DNA of 64,000 nucleotides from Xylographa opegraphella. Taxonomy: Eukaryota. The notes under the pieces were generated by a model. The model was not told where the DNA came from. It worked only from the letters and a program-made list of their open reading frames with translations, and ran no database searches. The DNA lies in contig JALDZX010000006.1 in the NCBI GenBank assembly GCA_022813865.1, positions 496,001 through 560,000 of the forward strand. The letters are read 5' to 3'. Below, one piece after another: positions 60,727 to 64,000 of this stretch. Numbering within the stretch: the first letter of the stretch is position 1; each line of letters begins with the position of its first letter. A program made the translations under genes and the position numbers.

Positions 60727-62318
60727 GGGGGGAGAGAGCCTTGCGCTGCGGCGGTCGTGTCGTGCCTCGAGACGCTGGCCCCCCACGCTACCGACCCGTC
60801 GGACTGGGTTGTCAAAGACGGAGCAGTGGCGTGACTGGATGCTGGCATCATTAATCTCTCCCTGCGGATCGTAGTCTGGTCCTATGGTCGGGACAGACGA
60901 AATGGTTCAAATGCCTTAAGCTTCAGCGATAGGACGCCTTATGGCTTCAAACGAACGCTGGGGTGCATGTAGGGGAAATGTAACGTTGAGGGGCTGGGCC
61001 GCGACGATGCGTGGGACGCATGCATAATGATATGTCAAGTGCCTGGGGCAATCGGAGATCTGATATTGAAGTCAGGAGTACAGATATGGTGACAGGGTCC
61101 GCTGATAGCGTTGAAATGCGGGAACGAAAAGACAAGCAAGCCAGGATGGCAGATTTGATGCAACGCAAGCACGCACAAAGGTCAAGGGATGTGCATACAT
61201 AGTCCCTGGCGCGGTAATGAAAAGTCGCCGTGACTATGGACGTAGACTCCTATAATATGTCTGTGAGGGGCGTTGACGAGTCACTAGACATCTCAAACGC
61301 CCCTCATCCACGGGACGACGCGGGGAACAAGCACAGAAAGGCCCCGTCCCGCCTGCAGGGAAAGGACGGTGCGACGAGTGTGCGGGATAGCGGAAGCGCC
61401 GGAGCGTTGAAATAGATGCAAGTGTCTCGTCGATGAAGAATTAGAGAGATGGATCGTGTGTCTTCAGAGCACGCATCGAGCGAGCAAATCTGCAGGTGCG
61501 TGGCGAGTCGCTTAGCTCCAGGGTCTTGGACCCTGTGGTGTGGCGGCGCACATAGCGAGGCACACGGGAAGCAGAATAGGGAATATCAAAACAATGGGAA
61601 GCGTCGGGTGATGAAGAAAAGGCTGAGGGGCGTAGCAGCACCCGACTGCTGCGACGTTACACCATCCCGACGGCTGGTGCAGACAGCGGAGACCCTGAGG
61701 AATGACAGCAACCTAGTCCTCAGCAGACAATTAAATATGCCTGCAACGATACAGAGATTTCCAGAGCCAGGCATTCCACGTTATGCTAGCAGCGCGTTTG
61801 CAAAGAGATATAAGCAGACTAACAAGCTGACGGATCCCGAGATTGTATTACTGAATATATTACCGATTCTGCCAGTCCGGCATATCTCAATGAGGCCAAG
61901 GTCGCGAGTGATGGACCTCAGGCAGGTGTCGTGCAGCGAGCACCGGAACACGGCGAGCAGATCCGGTGGATGAAATCCGCAGGTGAGAATAATGTGCTGA
62001 CAGGAGAGAACGGGGAGATGGGGGCTGAACGTAGGAACGAAAGGCGTGTAATGTGTTTGCGATGGAAGCGGTGGCCGCTATTCGAGGCTTTCTAGTGCTG
62101 AGAATCAGTGGATAGAGGATTAGAAAACCGATCAGATGTGGAGCTTTTCCTTCCCGTGCCTGGACTGTTGACATTTTGCCTGGCAGACATCGGTCGTAGC
62201 GTGGTGACCTCATCCTCATCAACGTCGACGAACGAAAAGGATTCACCGTATTCCGCATTTTACTTACACACACTCGCGCACAGCTCCAAGCATCATCGGT
62301 CTCGTGTCAGCACCCACA

Positions 62319-63489
62319 ATGGCCGACATCCAGCGCTGGACCGTGACCGAAGTGAGCTCTTCCCGCATCCCACGCCCCGTGCGAAGCGTTTGGCTGATGC
62401 GCTCTGCAGCCCTACCTCCATCTGGACTGTGGACTGGGCGAGGCGCCCTTCTACGAGGAGGCCGGCCACCGTCTACGCTTTGTGGACATTGTCAAGAAGA
62501 AACTGCACGTCGTCGATCTCCACAAAGGGCCGTCGTCGCTGGTGACTGTGGACCTGCAAGATTCGGTGGGGTGAGCGACGAGTTCTACGTCATTGTGCTT
62601 GTTGCTTGTTGCTTGTTGCTTGTTGCTTGTTGCTTGTTGCTTGTTGCTTGTTCCCTCCACTGACCAGTGCACCACCCGGGGCCAGGATCACGGCCGATGT
62701 CGACGGCGCGGAAGGCGACGAGATCATGGTCGGGGCCAAGTATGGGTATGCGATCGTCAACCGCACGACGGGCGCGATGCAGTACCTGAGGAAATTCTCC
62801 GAGGACCCGGAACAAGGGAAACGGTATGCTGCCTCGCCTCGGTTCGATGCTGGGGCAATAATGGTCGACCGAGGAAGGGAAAGGCTAACGCGTCCCTCAG
62901 GATGCGGTCCAATGACGGCGCCGTCGATACCAGTGGACGCTTCTGGGTGGGAACCATGAACGACCCGGCGATCACGGATCCTACCGACGTTGGCGTGGTC
63001 TTCCGCCTGGATCCCGACCTGACATTGCATCGTATGATCGAAAAGGTCACCATTCCCAACAGCATCGGCTGGAGCGCGGACGACACGACCATGTTCTTCA
63101 CCGACTCTCCCACCAAAACCATTTCGCGGTTCGATTACGACGCCGCCAGCGGCAGCATCTCGAATCGGCGGCCCTACTTCACGTACGAGGGCGACGAGGA
63201 AGGCGCGGCTCCCGACGGCTTCGCCCTGGACGTGGAAGGATGCCTGTGGACGGCGGTCTACGGCACCGGCAAAGTGCTTCGCGTGTCGCCGGAGGGGAAG
63301 TTGATTGGGGAGATCAGGCTGCCGACGCGGTGCGTGACATGCCCTCGATTTGCCGGCGAGGATCTGTTCATCACCAGCGCGGCGGAGGAAGACCCGAAGG
63401 CGCATCCCGAGTCCGCCAAGTACGGTGGAAGCGTCTTCCAAGTGCACGTGGGCGTGCAAGGGATGCCGATAAGGAAATGGAAGCGTTGA
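62319..63489 (+). CDS. SMP-30/gluconolactonase/LRE family protein (regucalcin-like)
   Basis: Spliced N-terminus MADIQRWTVTE/PYLHLDCGLGEAPFY..LRFVDI; RSNDGAVDTSGRFWVGTM, IPNSIGWS, FFTDS, PDGFALDVEGCLWTA, CPRFAGEDLFITSA; three introns. Confidence 0.93.
62597..62652. repeat. (GCTTGTT)8 heptamer microsatellite inside intron 2 of the SMP-30 gene
   Basis: Eight perfect copies between the GTGAG donor at 62571 and the CAG acceptor at 62667. Confidence 0.92.
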
Positions 63490-64000
63490 ATTGCCGTAGC
63501 CGGGCTCAAACCAGAAGGTCGTTTACATAGTACATAAGTTGCGATCACGTAGTAGTAGTAGTCGTGTGTAGCGAAGTGCCTCAACCCTCTGAATGTATGC
63601 CGACGCTTCCCGTCGGAAGCATCGAGTCGCTGTCGTCGTGCCACGCCCGTTGCTTTTTCTTCAGGAAGCTATTCCGTAACAAACTCGGGTCGCGCCATGC
63701 TGTCGAATCAAGTGTGCCGGCGTTGGCACTGGTGGCGACCATAGTCCCAAGTCCATTGTTGCAACTGTGGTAGTCGTCAATGCCACGCCCCCCCCCATCC
63801 AAACTTACCGAGATCTTGGGTCGCCGGCTACCACCGTAAGTGGAAGGGTTAAGTTCTGCACGGAGGCGCGCCATGAGGCAGCCGGCGTGAGACTAAAAAC
63901 CCACGCCTGAGATCCGAACAATCTTCCGACGGGCCCAAGGGCCAAATCTCGCGGCATCGGAATGGCTGCTTAGCGGGTGTCTTGGAAATCGAACTCCGGT

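Noticed and set aside
62593..62667. LLVACC repeat as a signal peptide of the SMP-30 ORF
   Set aside because: It is the translation of an intronic (GCTTGTT)8 microsatellite; the real start is 62319.
63581..64000. Minus-strand ORF with an intron-like GTAAG...CAG segment at the window edge
   Set aside because: Possibly the 3' end or UTR of a gene outside the window; the frame cannot be established.

Overview
This is gene-dense, intron-containing DNA from a filamentous ascomycete (GT-AG introns of about 50 nt with CTAAC/CTGAC branch sites); no prokaryotic features, rRNA, tRNA or intact transposon were seen. I can support 24 protein-coding genes. The left part (1-37.5 kb) is mostly housekeeping and metabolic: cutinase, FAT1-type acyl-CoA synthetase, COQ10, GH79, TRM140/ABP140, amidase, GPI17, a DUF8004-like protein, an SOD-like mitoribosomal protein, a Mid2-like protein, dienelactone hydrolase, SDH6 (a three-exon gene missed by the ORF track), FAH-family hydrolase and a class 3 lipase. 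It also holds an intronless membrane protein with HET-like motifs. The right part looks more accessory. The standout is a head-to-head pair 355 bp apart: a HeLo-domain + pseudokinase gene (38998-40860, -) with an MLKL-like architecture, and a roughly 1564-aa gene (41216-46008, +) with an intact kinase, a SEL1-like repeat and ankyrin repeats, whose reading frame needs a GC-AG intron. I infer a candidate fungal RIPK/MLKL-like (necroptosis-like) cell-death module. Further right are phospholipase B, a Cys-rich membrane protein, three genes without evident signal peptides (small beta-rich protein, Zn-PLC/HET-C-like protein, KP-43-type subtilisin), several mini/microsatellites and an SMP-30 gene. 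Local C-rich to G-rich skew switches recur regardless of gene orientation. All family calls come from motif recognition by eye, not database searches.
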